Assembly: GCA_951406725.2 (NCBI GenBank)
Contig: OX597818.1
Coordinates: 122,202,001 to 122,266,000 of the forward strand
Direction: 5' to 3'
Origin: Octopus vulgaris
Lineage: Eukaryota
Length of the DNA stretch: 64,000 nt
Of the stretch, positions 40,061 to 54,243 are shown piece by piece. Each line of letters starts with the position of its first letter. Positions within the stretch are counted from its first letter, which is position 1. The position numbers and the translations under genes were made by a program. The notes beneath the pieces were generated by a model that saw only the letters and a program-made list of their open reading frames with translations, did no database searches and was not told the DNA's origin.

Positions 40061-40519
40061 GGTATTTGAACTCAGGCTATGGAAAGCCGTAATTAAAACA
40101 TACAAGTAATTAGGAACAACGCTTTAGTGACTATGCCTGTACACCGCCATATTAGTAATGAGTTCTAAGATAGCGTAAGAGCCTCTCATTATGGAGACGG
40201 TGGTATAATGACCTGTTTCGATCCCAAGTACCGTAATGGTTAATATATTTATCGCTCTTGAAAGGATGAAAAGCAGAAAATTGACCACGACGATACCAGA
40301 GAACAAAATACCAGAATGAATACCGGAAGTCGTTCAGCCAACTCATCGTCTCAAGTTCATCATGATAACAGGAAAACAGTTATCCGCGAATGACTAGAAT
40401 ACAGCACGAAGGTAGATTCATTTTTCATCCGCCCACTACAACGAAAAGAGCCTCGAAGATATGAAAGCGAGTTAGGTAACAGAACGGAAAAGAATTTGAT
40501 CATAAAATTGTGACTAATG

Positions 40520-40564
<45 letters not shown>

Positions 40565-40596
40565 TATATCTATCTATCTATGTATATATATACATA

Positions 40597-40644
<48 letters not shown>

Positions 40645-41493
40645 TTTATGAAAAATGGTTTATGGGAATACTTTATGAAAAATGGTTTATGGGAATACTT
40701 TAGGTTTCTCTTCCATAAAGGGTTTAACCAAATATATATCATATATATTATACTATACTGTATGTATGTGTGACTACCCGCGCGAATACACACATGAACC
40801 CATCTCCATCGTGTACACCTTTCAATTGAACACAGGAGCCCTTATAACAAATAACCGGAAATATATCATTATTATTATTATTATTATTATTATTGCTGAT
40901 GTGTTTGATCTCGCTTTTGTTTTTGTTTTTACAGTTTTTGTTGTCGACATCATCGTTGTGGTCGACATCATGATCATGATGATGGTCATCATCATCATCA
41001 TCATCATCATTTCCATCACCATCATCGCTGTCATCGCCAACACCATTTCAGAAAATGTCGTAGACTTTATTAAATTGCCTATTTGCCTGTAAATTGTCAG
41101 CAGTACAAGAAGATTTATACTAGAAGCAATTTCATGAAATGGATATCACACATCACACTTCATACCAATTTACCAGACTCATGGGAATATAACGTAATTC
41201 TGCTGCTGCCCCTCCCCCCCTTCTCATCCTCCTCTGACTACTCCTACTTCGCCAAACTTTCATTTCATCAAGTACTCATGTAAGAAAATTACTACTGTCA
41301 GAAGAATACAAATATATACAAACATATAAACTAGATACACGGGCGCGCACACAGACACGTATATATACATATATATATATATGTATGTATATATAAATAT
41401 TATACATACAAATACATACATATTCATATATACATTCATACTACACGCTTATATAGATCAGTGTATGTATGTGTGTGCTTCTGTGTATTTGTG

Positions 41494-41564
<71 letters not shown>

Positions 41565-41779
41565 AAAGAAAGTCAAGGTAGAAAATGCTAAAATAATTTT
41601 ATAAAAAAACATTTCAGTAGCGGTTTCAGTCATTGAGACTTTTTAAAGTGTAAGTATGGAAAACAATTCAATTTTGGAAAAATTAAAAGAAAAGTTTTTA
41701 AAAAGAATATTTGCATAGTATTATATATATATATATACATACATGCTGCATAAATGCACAAACTCACATTTAATGCATG

Positions 41780-41813
<34 letters not shown>

Positions 41814-41815
<2 letters not shown>

Positions 41816-41977
41816 GACGAGCTTCTTTCAGTTCCCGTCTACCAAATCCACTCATAAGGCTTTAGTCGGCCCAAGGCTATAATAGAAGACACCTGCCCAA
41901 GGTGCTACGCAGTGGCACTGAGCCCGGAACCATGTGGTTGGGAAGAGAACTTCTTACCACACAGCCACTCCTGCGCC
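41814..41977 (-). mobile_element. SINE-A 5' half
   Basis: GGGCGCAGGAGTGGCTGTGTGGTAAG...GGTTCCGGGCTCAG...CCTTGGGCAGGTGTCTTCT. Confidence 0.88.
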
Positions 41978-42027
41978 CGTGTGTGTGTGTATGTGTGCGT
42001 GTGTGTGTATGTGTGCGTGTGTGTGTA

Positions 42028-42069
<42 letters not shown>

Positions 42070-42547
42070 CATACAGAGATATAAAGAAAGAGGGGGAGGG
42101 GATCTTAATAAGGCATAGACACTTCTCATTATAAAGTATTGTCTCTGAGGATACTACCTTGTTAATGTATTATTAATTTTCACATCAGTCTTTTACTTGT
42201 TTATCGCAACTAGCCAAATCGCGAACTCTAGAAGCAGAAGAAATATCTGAATTCAATATAAGACGTATTATAGTTCAGTCTGACTATGGATTTAGCCAGA
42301 ATAAGGCTGGACACAGAATTTTGAGATTCTACTTGCTACAGCTGAGAGTAATTGTACAATTTCCAAGCAAAGGAAACGAGAGGATGCAACAGCATCCCGC
42401 TCAGTTCGACATCAACACTCTGACTTGTGTTTTTGGGACTGTCAAGCGGATGGTGGTTAAAACAGATCTTTAAAGGCAACTAATGTTAGAAAGCAACTGC
42501 GATGCAGTCGCCCATGCGTACCAGTCTCTCCTCACCACTGTACCGAT

Positions 42548-42699
42548 GTTGCAACTCATTTTTACATCTGAGTGAACTGGAACAACGTGAAAATAAAGTG
42601 TCTTGCTCCTGAACACAACACACAGCCCGGTTCGGGAATCGAACTCACAACCTCACGATTGTAAACCTGACACCCTAACCACCGGGCCATGTGCCTTCA
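42548..42699 (-). mobile_element. SINE-B
   Basis: GAAGGCACATGGCCCGGTGGTTAGG...GAGTTCGATTCC. Confidence 0.8.
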
Positions 42700-42849
42700 C
42701 CTATATGTACAAGCGTATATGTGTGCGCGAATGTGTGTTTATGTGTATATATTGTATATATACATATATATACACAGATAAACATAAACACACAAACACA
42801 CGCACATATATAGTGCTACAACATATAAACGAATATTTATTCCTTAGTT

Positions 42850-43055
42850 CTTTTATTATTTTATTTGTGTCAGTCATTTGACTACGCCCATGCTAGAACA
42901 CCGCCTTAAAGGGATTTTAGTCGAAGCAATAGACACCAGGTCTTATTCTTTGTAAGCCTAGTACTTATTCTATCAGACTCTATTTGCCAAACCGCTACGT
43001 TACGAGGCATAAAGATAGATACACATAAATACATACATACGTGCATACATACGTG

Positions 43056-43114
<59 letters not shown>

Positions 43115-43275
43115 GACGGGCTTCTTTGAGTTTCTGTCTACCAAATTTACTCTCAAGGCATTGGTCGGCCCGAGGCTACAGTAGAAGACACTTGCCCAAG
43201 GTGCCAGGCACTGAGACTGAACCCAAGACCATCTGGTTGGGAAGGAAGATTCTTCCTACACAGCCACGCTTGTAC
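42850..43275 (-). mobile_element. SINE-A, both halves with central microsatellite
   Basis: Head at 43112-43275, (TA)n, then 3' half at 42850-43010. Confidence 0.8.
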
Positions 43276-43808
43276 CTATACTTCATTCATTCTTTCACAT
43301 GTTCCCTTAGAACACTTACTATGTAAGTCATATGGATAATCTAAAGCGCAATATCAAACCACGTCTAAGAAAGGATGACACTCATCTACTCGTCACAAAA
43401 GTATATTTTCATTCCTCCATACAAAGTTATAAAACGTGTCATTTGTAAACTGAAAGAAATCATCTTTGCATCTTTTAAAAATATTATATGAAAATTATAT
43501 CAATATTAACATCAAATAATATCAATAATAATTCTGTTACCACCATATTAGAATATAGAAATCCCTGTAGCTTTTAAAAAGGAAAATATCTATATCAATT
43601 AGGAATTAGTAAAATGATGATGATGATGATGATAATAATAATAGCAAATAATAATTGACATAAAAGTAATAATGATAACTGAAATAAAAAATGAAACAAA
43701 TGACTTTTCTGAATGAACTACCTCATAGAATATTTATATTTGATAATAACAGCTATGCAAAAGACTCTATATCAGGTAATATATATCTATATACATGTAT
43801 GTATATAT

Positions 43809-43862
<54 letters not shown>

Positions 43863-44248
43863 ATATATACTATACACACATATATAAATATTCATATACA
43901 CAAATATGTATATGAATATATATATATATGTATATGTATATATCTATATCTATCTATCTATCTATTTATATATATATACATATATATATATATAAATATA
44001 CATATATATATATATACATATATATATTTGTATATATATATGAATTTGTAGACAAATACACATATCCTGACAGAATCTATATTTTATATAATGTATTTAT
44101 AATATACCTTTACATATGATATTACAATATATAAATCAGATAATCCTGTAAAATAAATATCGTGTATAATTGTTAAATATGCAAGAATTGATATATATGT
44201 AAATTCTATAAACCTGAAAAATACCTAAGAATGAATATTTCAATGGGG

Positions 44249-44417
<169 letters not shown>

Positions 44418-44442
44418 GTCTGTTTGTCTGTCTATCTATCTA

Positions 44443-44477
<35 letters not shown>

Positions 44478-44577
44478 GCCTGCCTGTCTGCTTAGCTGCT
44501 CGGCTGGCTGCCTGTCTGTTTGTATATGTACATCTATACTATATTTATACGTATATATATTTGTGTGTGTATGTATA

Positions 44578-44611
<34 letters not shown>

Positions 44612-44685
44612 CATATATATCTATATACTAACTTATATATATGTACATATATATATAATTTTTATATGAATATATAGGTATGTAA

Positions 44686-44740
<55 letters not shown>

Positions 44741-44743
44741 TAC

Positions 44744-44918
44744 ACTAGCAGTAATACTCGTCGTTCACTGGGAAATTAGTTTTACTCGTTCATGGGTTCC
44801 ACATTCAAAGTGTTATTTTATATAAAATTTACTCCTCCTGTGTGTATGTGTGAGTGTGTGTGTGTATGTATGTGTGTGTGTGTGTGTGTGTATGTATGTG
44901 AGTGTGTGTGTGTGTGAG

Positions 44919-44980
<62 letters not shown>

Positions 44981-45070
44981 CATGTGTTTCTCTGAAAGTG
45001 AAATAATTATCCAACAAAGGCTATCTTTGCCGATCTCAGTTGTATAGCTCTAACATTACAATTCTCAATT
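44744..45070 (+). mobile_element. Possible non-autonomous Helitron/Helentron-like fragment
   Basis: 5' ACTAGCAGTAATACTCGTCGTTCACTGGG and internal GCCGATCTCAGTTGTATAGCTCT resemble HINE/Lep1-type motifs. Confidence 0.35.
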
Positions 45071-45119
45071 TTTTTAATAGACTTTTCACCTCAAATTAAT
45101 AAATCCACCTCAAATTCAT

Positions 45120-46170
45120 GCTATTAGAAGAATTCTTAGAAGAGCTCGGAACATACAAAGAAAAACACCGATCGTATTTCTGGATTTTCTCAAGGCATTC
45201 GAATGTGTCAATACAAAAAGTTATGTTACATATACTGTTATACTATGGTGTCCCGCACATGATTTTCAAGTCAAATCCATTACTATCAGGTATGACAAAA
45301 AAAAAACACCAGCAAGCTTTGTGTGTAGAAAATACAGTTTAAATTGTTTCCAGTAGAATCAGAGAACCTTCGGGGAGACACATTAGCTCCGTTTCTTTTT
45401 GTAATTGTAGAAGGATATAACCTTTATAAGTATTAAGAACATTGACGACAAAGGGGAGCCAATGAAGATGTGAGAAGAGCGTCTTTCTGAATTTCACTAT
45501 GCTGACGATCCTGCCTGCATAGCTTAGTATATGTGTTATGCCCAAGACTTTGTAAGCACCACTTGGAAATGTAGCAACCAATGTCAGTCTGTTTCTCAAG
45601 CAAATAAACTTGTTATACAAGACTATTAACGAAAATGAACATTTACTTCCAATTTGTTTCAATAACCGAACACACTTCAAGAGTACCTGTGATTTCAAGT
45701 AATCTGACTCTTATATTGTTGACATTAAGAAAGACTTCCTTACTCGCAAGTTCTTGGCTGGAACGCCTGCGACAACTTTAAAAAACTTTAGCAATCGAAT
45801 GTTCGAAAATCAAGAAGGTTTACCTTGTTCAGGACTTATGTAGAGTGCATCCTTTTCTGTGGAACGAGAACTTAGTCTATTAAGGGGATTAAAGATCGCC
45901 AAGCTAATCCATACAACAAGCTTCTCAAGGAAGCACGAAACATCTCACACCACGAGAATAAGACTAACAAGAATATTCATGAACATATTTCACCCTCTAT
46001 AGAACTGTTACTCAACGCAGAGTAGGCTTCACCGATCATTGCAATCGTGTCGAAAAACTGACCATATCAGATTTTGGAGATTTGGAAAATATTAACCGAA
46101 GACAACCCAACTACGTGGATGTTATTGACTGAGACACACTATATACGACTGAGATTCTATCAAAGCTAAT
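45120..46170 (+). mobile_element. Decayed RTE-clade LINE (RT to 3' region)
   Basis: Motifs FLDFLKAF, LLYYGVP, RGDTLAPFLFVIV and HYADD, with many disablements. Confidence 0.8.
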
Positions 46171-46198
46171 AAGAGAGAGAGAGAGAGCGAGAGAGAGC

Positions 46199-46230
<32 letters not shown>

Positions 46231-46643
46231 GGGAGAAAGAGAGAGAGAGAGAAAGAGAGAGATCCCTAGCGTAGCATTCTGGAATGCATTTGCGCTAGAT
46301 ATAGTTGTGAAGATTCATGGGACTTGTCGAAACGGTCGAGCCGAATATAATGAAGGTTTTAAAATATCACTCATATTGTCTGTTTCTCTTATTTTTAATA
46401 TGTCTTAATCTTAGCGTTCTTTAAAGCTGATTAGAGATTCTATGTAGGATTATTTCAGTTAACTAAAGAAAGATGGGAATTGAACGTAATGTTACAAATC
46501 GAGCTCTAAAATTTGTGGTAGCTTTTACAAGTATGGAAACAAAAATCATAATGCTGAAGATGTATGCATATTTACACACACACGAACACACACACATGCA
46601 CACACGTACTCACACACACTCACACACATACAAGCACACACGA

Positions 46644-46674
<31 letters not shown>

Positions 46675-47102
46675 TACACACTCTCACATACAATGGTAGT
46701 CTCTCATATTTCGAGGCAGAGGGTTCTGCTATTTCTTGCTGAGCAATCTGCACACACGATCTGCTTATAGTGGTCAAATGTATGTGTTGTATATTAGCTC
46801 ATTCCCCACGCCCCATCAAAACGACGTAACTTGAACAGTTGCACGGTGTACCTCTCATAGAGCAACCTGAGATGAGTTATTCTGCTCATGAACACAATGC
46901 ACCGCCCATGAATTGAAATTGAATTGCATCCACGGTCTCACGATCGCCACTGCAACGGAATCCATATTGTTTCAGACCAATGGCGTTTTGTTGCTGAGGT
47001 ATACAGTTGATATAAAATAGGTTTTCGATTGAAGGTATTCTAGTAAAGGACATCTCACGTTTTCAGATGTGGTAGACTCTGGACTTAACATTGCACAAGA
47101 TA

Positions 47103-47290
47103 TAGGCGGTTAGCTGACAGGATTGTTAACTCATCGGACAAAATTTCTTCCAGTTCAAATCTTGCGCAGTTCAAAGTTGTATATCATCTTTTGGGCGTCG
47201 ATGAAAGGAATGCTAGTCAAGTACTGGGACCGGTATAAAGAATTAATCCCTCCCCCAAAATTTCAGGCCTCGTGTCTATAGTAGAAAAAA
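47103..47290 (+). mobile_element. Old SINE-M with alternative tail
   Basis: Tail CCCCCAAAATTTCAGGCCTCGTGTCTATAGTAGAAAA. Confidence 0.65.
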
Positions 47291-48762
47291 ATATGCAATA
47301 TATAAATTTTTAAGACACTAGCATATAATTTTGAGGAAATTTTGATATTTTTCTACCATACAGAGTGACTTTTATAAGCTCCTCTCTTGACTTTCGGTAC
47401 CAGTCAGTAATACGTTGGTGTCTACTTGTTTAATCATATGACTATATCAAAACATTGGCTATGTTACAATTAATAGAGAAGACATCATAGAAGCTATGGC
47501 GATATGATTCTATCTAACCTGTTTCTTGAGTCAGATATTTTTGCAGAAAGGAAGCTTTATTTTTTAGTTCTATTGTAGAAAGCTACACTTCTATTCACTA
47601 CCGCCTTCCTCTTGTTTTCTTTTATATATTACTTGTTTTGCTTTTTTTTTTGTAATTATAGTCTGCTTTCTTTCATTTTCTTGAAATACACCATATGACT
47701 TATAACAAACTTTCATTGATCGAATACTTTCTGTTTTATTCAATAAATTTCTTATTTCTTTTCTTACTTGATTTGGTGTCTTATTTATTATTTATTAAAT
47801 GTTTAAAAACCCAATAATTAATACGAAATACGAAAATAACAATTATTTTCTCGTATAGAAATTACCATTATAATTTTTTGTTGTTTTCTTTTGCTATTAT
47901 AAATTTGCCTCAAGAATTTCCTACTAAATTAAAAAGAAAAAATACCAGAAAAAAATGACTTAAGAAATTCAAAGAGAATATATTCAAAAATTTCGAAAGG
48001 AAAAGATAATGAAAATAAAACAAAAAATAAATAAAACGAAAAATTCATAAAAACAATCAAGGCTAAACTAACTAAAGAGACTTCTTTGTTCTTAATATGA
48101 AAATAGCAAAAGAAAAAAATATTGGTTTTTGAAAATATAATTGATCGCTACAAGTTTCAAAAGCATTTTTTTTTTATTGTGATATCACACCCTCCCTACC
48201 TTACAATAACTATGGTCAATTTATGAGTTATTGTTCTATTGTTTGTCTTAAGACGGTGGGCAATCTCGACAAAGCAAGGGTGAGATATGTATATTTTATA
48301 TGCACTAAAAACTTCATCACGAAACCGTATCCTTATTAGAATGCTGTTTTTCTTTTATATAAGACAATGGATTTTGGGAATTTGTTTCATAGCATAGCAT
48401 ATTTGATTGATCAGGACTGTAGACAGAGTTCTCATGCATGCTTTATATGTGTGTGTGTATGTATACATACATACATGCATATATATATAAGCAATAATAA
48501 ATCTCTGAGCGAGGTATAAACAGTAGCTGCACGACAACGTGAAGTATATTTGCCACTTAAATGTGGTTAACCCATAAGAGTGGATGCTAATATAGCTTTT
48601 AGCCCCAGGAGAACACCTCCTCCAGCTGGTTATTGACACACTTTCTTTGCCCTATAAGTACTAGCAAAGGGAAGCCATCCTTCGGTTTTTGACTATGAAC
48701 ATGTGTGTGTGTATGTAACAAAAGACAGAGAAAGAAAATGGAATATACGAGAAACTTTATTG

Positions 48763-48856
48763 CTCATAACGGTCGTTTCGACACATCCTGTATCGATCCC
48801 TCGGGGATGGGACACTGTGCAACTGGTTGTAGTGCAGACGCATCTCGTCAGGTGAG
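48763..48856 (-). ncRNA. Type I HHR motif, branched stem II
   Basis: CTCAC-CTGACGA-GATGCGTC...GATGTGTC-GAAAC-GACC-GTT-ATGAG. Confidence 0.7.
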
Positions 48857-48977
48857 GTTAGGCAGTGAACATGTTTGATCGGTTTACGACTATGAACATG
48901 CCCGATACTTGAACATAAATATATGTGAGTTTTTGTGTATATAGTCGTAAAGCGATCAAACATGTTCACTGCCTAAC

Positions 48978-49066
48978 CTCACCTGACGAGATGCGTCTGC
49001 ACTACAACCAGTTGCACAGTATCCCATCCTCGAGGGATCGATACAGGATGTGTCGAAACGACCGTT
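48978..49066 (+). ncRNA. HHR motif lacking the 3' strand of stem I
   Basis: CTGACGA 48983-48989, GAAAC 49055-49059, GTT 49064-49066, then (AT)n. Confidence 0.6.
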
Positions 49067-49162
49067 ATATATATATATATACACAAAAACTCACATATAT
49101 TTATGTTCAAGTATCGGGCATGTTCATAGTCGTAAACCGATCAAACATGTTCACTGCCTGAC

Positions 49163-49256
49163 ATCACCTGACGACATGCGTCTGCACTACAACCAGTTGC
49201 ACAGTATCCCATCCTCGAGGGATCGATACAGGATGTGTCGAAACGACCGTTGTGAG
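49163..49256 (+). ncRNA. Type I HHR motif, branched stem II
   Basis: TCAC-CTGACGA...GAAAC-GACC-GTT-GTGAG. The first stem II base is C, giving a mismatch. Confidence 0.65.
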
Positions 49257-49302
49257 CAATAAAGTTTCTCGTATATTCCATTTTCTGTTTCTGTCTTTTG
49301 TT

Positions 49303-49336
<34 letters not shown>

Positions 49337-49337
49337 T

Positions 49338-49635
49338 GAAGGCACATGGCTTAGTGGTTAGGGTATTGCACTCACGATTGCGAGATCGTGGGTTCGATTC
49401 CCAGACCGGGCGTTGTGTTGTGTTCATGTTCAAAGCACTTCACTTCCCGCTGCTCTGCAATCATTTCCTCATCGGACATGTGGCACATAGTGCACCTGTA
49501 CAGGTAATGCCGATTTGATGAAGTGAGAGAGCTTATGCAAGCACAAACATTTCCTCACAATAAACAAATCATCTGTGTGGTTATTCGGCTAGAAATTGCC
49601 GAACCCGCATACATCGTCTAACGACGGGAGAGTCC
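49338..49635 (+). mobile_element. SINE-B (long form)
   Basis: A box TGGCTTAGTGG, B box GGTTCGATTCC. Confidence 0.82.
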
Positions 49636-49656
49636 GTGATTGTGATGATGGTGATA

Positions 49657-49709
<53 letters not shown>

Positions 49710-49976
49710 ATGTATTTATGTATGTATGTATGTATGTATGTATGTATGTATGTATTACACACTCAGTACTACTTTTGCTCAAGAATAATGAATTTGTACT
49801 CTGCAAAATAATTATTGAGGAACCCTTTATATAAATGTTTTTTTTTTATTCCAACACAACGTAAGAACCTCATTATATGTTTCCCGTCCTACTGCGTATC
49901 TCCTTGATCAAGTGTTTTCTGCTATGGTCTCGAACCGGCTAAAGTTTTCTGATTGGAAACTGAAAGAAACCCGTCC

Positions 49977-50021
<45 letters not shown>

Positions 50022-51078
50022 CTGTGTGTGTGTGTGTGTGTATGTGTGTGTATGTGTGTGTGTGTGTTCTTTTATTCCTTTACTTGTTTCAGTCATTTCA
50101 CTGCGGCCATGCTGGAGCATAATCTTTAGTCGAACAAATCGACCACAGGACTTGTAAGTTTAGTACTTATTCTATCGGTCTCTTTTGTACATTCTTTAAA
50201 TGGTTTTCAGAAATGTGTTTTGCCCTTATACTAGACATTACGTAAGTGTTGTGGTGAGATGCAGGCTGTCGTCAGAAGACACCAGAACTCCACAAGGTTA
50301 CAAAGTATTGAAAATATTGAAAACGTCGATCGAGTTTAACTTATACTATTGGCTACAGAACAGATAATGAAGAAATAAGAAAGAAAGGGTTGCTATAAGA
50401 ACATCAAGGAATCTGCAATTTAACGTGGCTCTCCTCTGTTAACAGAATACGTAAAATAACCTAAGTTTTAGTTGAAGCTAATTTATACGATTAACTTAGA
50501 TTATAATCCGAATTGAGAATTGCAAAACACTGATAAAGATCTGAATTTTGCAATTCTAAATTCGTTTCAAAACTAATTAACCACTTGATTGATTCATTAA
50601 ATAATTGGTTACTTAACTGACTAGTTGGAAATAGGATAAAATAATTTTCTTGTAATATATTAGTTATTCAATCAGGCTGCGTTTCTTTTGCGTCTGAAAT
50701 GCCCGAATTCGGATGCATATATGAAGCTACTAGATCATGAGTCGTATATTGTTGGTTTTGTGTAACATCCAGGTTATTCATAATCAAGCATATCACCTGT
50801 AAATATTTTTCTTCTTGAGCACTTGAACTTTATTTCTCGATCTACCTTATCCAAAGTGTCCATTTATTGAGCGTTGGCTGTTAATTCCTACCTGTGACCC
50901 TGTACAGACTCAATCGTTGTTTCCTAACTAATTGACACAAGTGCTCCGTCTTGTCTTAAAATCAAACAGTCGTATATTCGTTGATTGAACTGGCATTTGG
51001 CAGATGATATAGTAGCTCGTATTATCACCCCTTGTCACCTCTTCCTTAACTTTCTTTCGTCCATTCACTCTCACTATC

Positions 51079-51121
<43 letters not shown>

Positions 51122-52131
51122 TTGTCTCTTTCTGACGGTCGTTTCTCACCACTCCAACTTCTCTCTTAGGATCTCCTCTCTCAGTGCTCCTTCCCTTTGA
51201 CCCCTTCTCTTTACCTTCTCTTTACTTTCGTGCCCGTTTGTTTCTACTCATTGTGTTTGCATCTCCCTCCTACCTCTTTCTCTATTTCAGTTCATTTATT
51301 TCATCTTGATTATTTCTTTGACCCTTGACAATAATTCCGTGTTTTTGCTATTTTCTATTTCACAGTCATTTTCACTTTCTCTGTCATTTTCTTTCCTTAT
51401 ATCTCACTTATTTCTCTCTTAGATTCACTTTCTTCACATTTTCTGTCTCTTACTCCATAATACTCACACCTCTCTATACTTCTGCTCTCATTTTCCCCTA
51501 CCATTTCCCTGTTTCCTTTATCTCCCACGACATCCTCTTTCTTCTTGCTCTTCCGTAGTAGTTAATGTACAAACCTCACCTATTGACCTTCTACGAATTC
51601 TCACACACATTGGCCTCAATCAATCTTAATCAGTCTTGGTAAACTAATCTATTTTCACTGACTCCTCATTTCGCTATCCTCTAGTTGTCTTTCTCTATTT
51701 CTTAGCCTCTTTGTGTTCCGCAGCCATACCATATTGCCTAGATAAATTAAATGAAAGGACAGCAGAGAGAGCGTTTGTCAATAAATTGCTAAATAGTTGA
51801 ATACATTAACACAGGAGTTGTACTTGTTTGGCAAGTGATTTCATCCGAGACCGTGCGTTGCTAAATTAATAGACATTTCAATAAATTATCAGCCACAATA
51901 TCATACAACCGCATATCTATCCGGCCAGCCAATAAGAAATAAATAAGCTTCTCTATGGTAGAATAACTTGCTTGAAATAACAGCCAGAATTTTTTCTAAT
52001 CCACGTCTTTTATTTTGATGAAAAAAAAAAAAAAATGGGTGGAGCTGTGTGCTAAGAAACACGCTTCCCAACCACGTGGGTTTCGGAGACTCGTACCGAA
52101 AGTTCAGTCGAGGTACATAATTATTTAGTTT

Positions 52132-52530
52132 TCTTTTCTACTCTAGGCGCAAGGCCCGAAATTTTGGGGGAGAGGGCCAGTCGATTAGATCGACCCCTGT
52201 ACGCAACTGGTATTTAATTTATCGAACCCGAAATGATGAAAGGTAAAGTCGACCTCTGCAGAATTTGAACTCAAAACGTAAAGACAGACGAAATACCTAT
52301 TTCTTTACTACCCACAAGGGGCTAAACACAGAGGGGACAAACAAGGAAAGACAAACGGATTAAGTCAATTAGATCGACCCCAGTGCGTAACTGGTACTTA
52401 ATTTATCGACCCCGAAAGGATGAAAATCAAAGTCGACCTCGGCAGAATTTGAACTCAGAACGTAACGGCAGACGAAATTACGGCTACGCATTTCGCCCGG
52501 CACGCTAACGATTCTGCCAGCTCGCCGCCT
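52132..52530 (-). mobile_element. SINE-M (Tx1-like tail) nested in SINE-M with alternative tail
   Basis: Full copy 52298-52530 is joined at GGTATTTCGTC to a body at 52132-52297 ending GGGCCTTGCGCCTAGAGTAGAAAAG. Confidence 0.9.
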
Positions 52531-52877
52531 TTATTATTTAGTTTTAATTGTTTGATACTGTCACCAAGAACACATTTTGATGCAAGGTCCCAAAGACTGC
52601 GCAATCAAGGTTAAAAAAGAAAAGGGGAAACATCAAGGCCATTGGAAGATATGATATGCGCATATACCATGGTGTTACTAAAACAGTATACCGTGCCATC
52701 TGGTGGGAAAACGTCGCTGATATAATATAGAAAATATTCGTATTGTTGAATTATGAAACAGGTTGGTGACGTCGTTGTTGTTTGTACTCCACTCGGTCCT
52801 GAGCAAACGGATGAACTAACATATATAATGAAGCCATAACAGTTCCATCATCTCAGGCATTATTTAATTCCTTAACT

Positions 52878-53030
52878 TTTACTTGTTTTAGTCATTTGAG
52901 TGCAGCCATGCTGGAGCATCACCTTACGAACTTTCAGTCAAATAAATCGACCCCGCGTGCTTTTTTAAACCTGGCACTTATTCTAACGAACTCTTTTTGC
53001 CGAACCGCTAAACTACGGGGACGTAAACAC
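52878..53030 (-). mobile_element. SINE-A 3' half
   Basis: GTTTACGTCCCCGTAGTTTAGCGGTTCGGC...CTCCAGCATGGCTGC. Confidence 0.8.
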
Positions 53031-53042
53031 ACACATGCACAC

Positions 53043-53174
<132 letters not shown>

Positions 53175-53233
53175 GTATGTCTGTCTGTCTGTCTATATCT
53201 CTGTCTATCTATCTATCTATCTATCTATCTATG

Positions 53234-53314
<81 letters not shown>

Positions 53315-54207
53315 CGATATACATACACTAGACACATGCGTGCATACAAAACGAATACATACATAAATACAAACACACATGCATGCATACACATACATAC
53401 ATACATACATACATACATACATTCATACATACATACATACATACATACATACATACATACATACATACATGCATGCATACATGCATACGCACGAACCATC
53501 TATGAATGCATATGAGTACAACAGACTTCTCAGAGCTGTCTCGATTCAAAACAAAGAAGTTTTGTCACTTTGTCAGTAACCGGCTTCAATTCAATAAAGA
53601 ACTGAAGTAAATTTCAATGGAAAACATACATTCATGCAGAGGTACAACCACAGATCACTACATGAATACATAAATGCTTACATTCGTACATATATACATA
53701 TATATATATATAGATGCATATGTGCATATATGCACACATTCATTTATTCATACATACATACGTGCATACATACATACATACATGCATACATACATGCATG
53801 CATACATACATACATACATACATACATACGTAGATACATACATACATACATGCATACATACATACATGCATACATGCATACATAATACATACATACATAC
53901 ATACATACATACATACATACATAAGGCATATATAAGCGTAACTATGGGTGTTTGTGTCGCAGGCTCTGAAGAACAATACTGACTGCAGCGGAATCAATTA
54001 TCAATTGATGTAGTGTATATCAAAACTGCTATGCATCTTATAATGACTCTGTTTTATGTATTTCACCATCTCAGTTTCCTACCTCTTACCTTTCCCCAAT
54101 CTTATCGACTGATATTAAACTATACAAATAGTAAAAGCATACACACATATCCACACACATACACACACACAAGCACGTACAGAATGATCGACACAGGCAT
54201 TCATAGG

Positions 54208-54243
<36 letters not shown>

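Larger units (their letters stand above)
48702..49310. mobile_element. Inverted + tandem array of a ~240-bp HHR-bearing unit (Penelope pLTR-like or retrozyme-like)
   Basis: Minus copy 48702-48941, partial plus copy 48941-49068, plus copy 49077-49310; near identical. Confidence 0.85.

Noticed and set aside
40644-40702. 27-bp tandem duplication (also 31902-31943 and 31310-31338) as CRISPR-like
   Set aside because: No unique spacers, eukaryotic context; ordinary slippage repeats.
49338-49410. tRNA gene (A and B boxes)
   Set aside because: No complete cloverleaf or terminator; continues into a SINE body repeated many times in the window.
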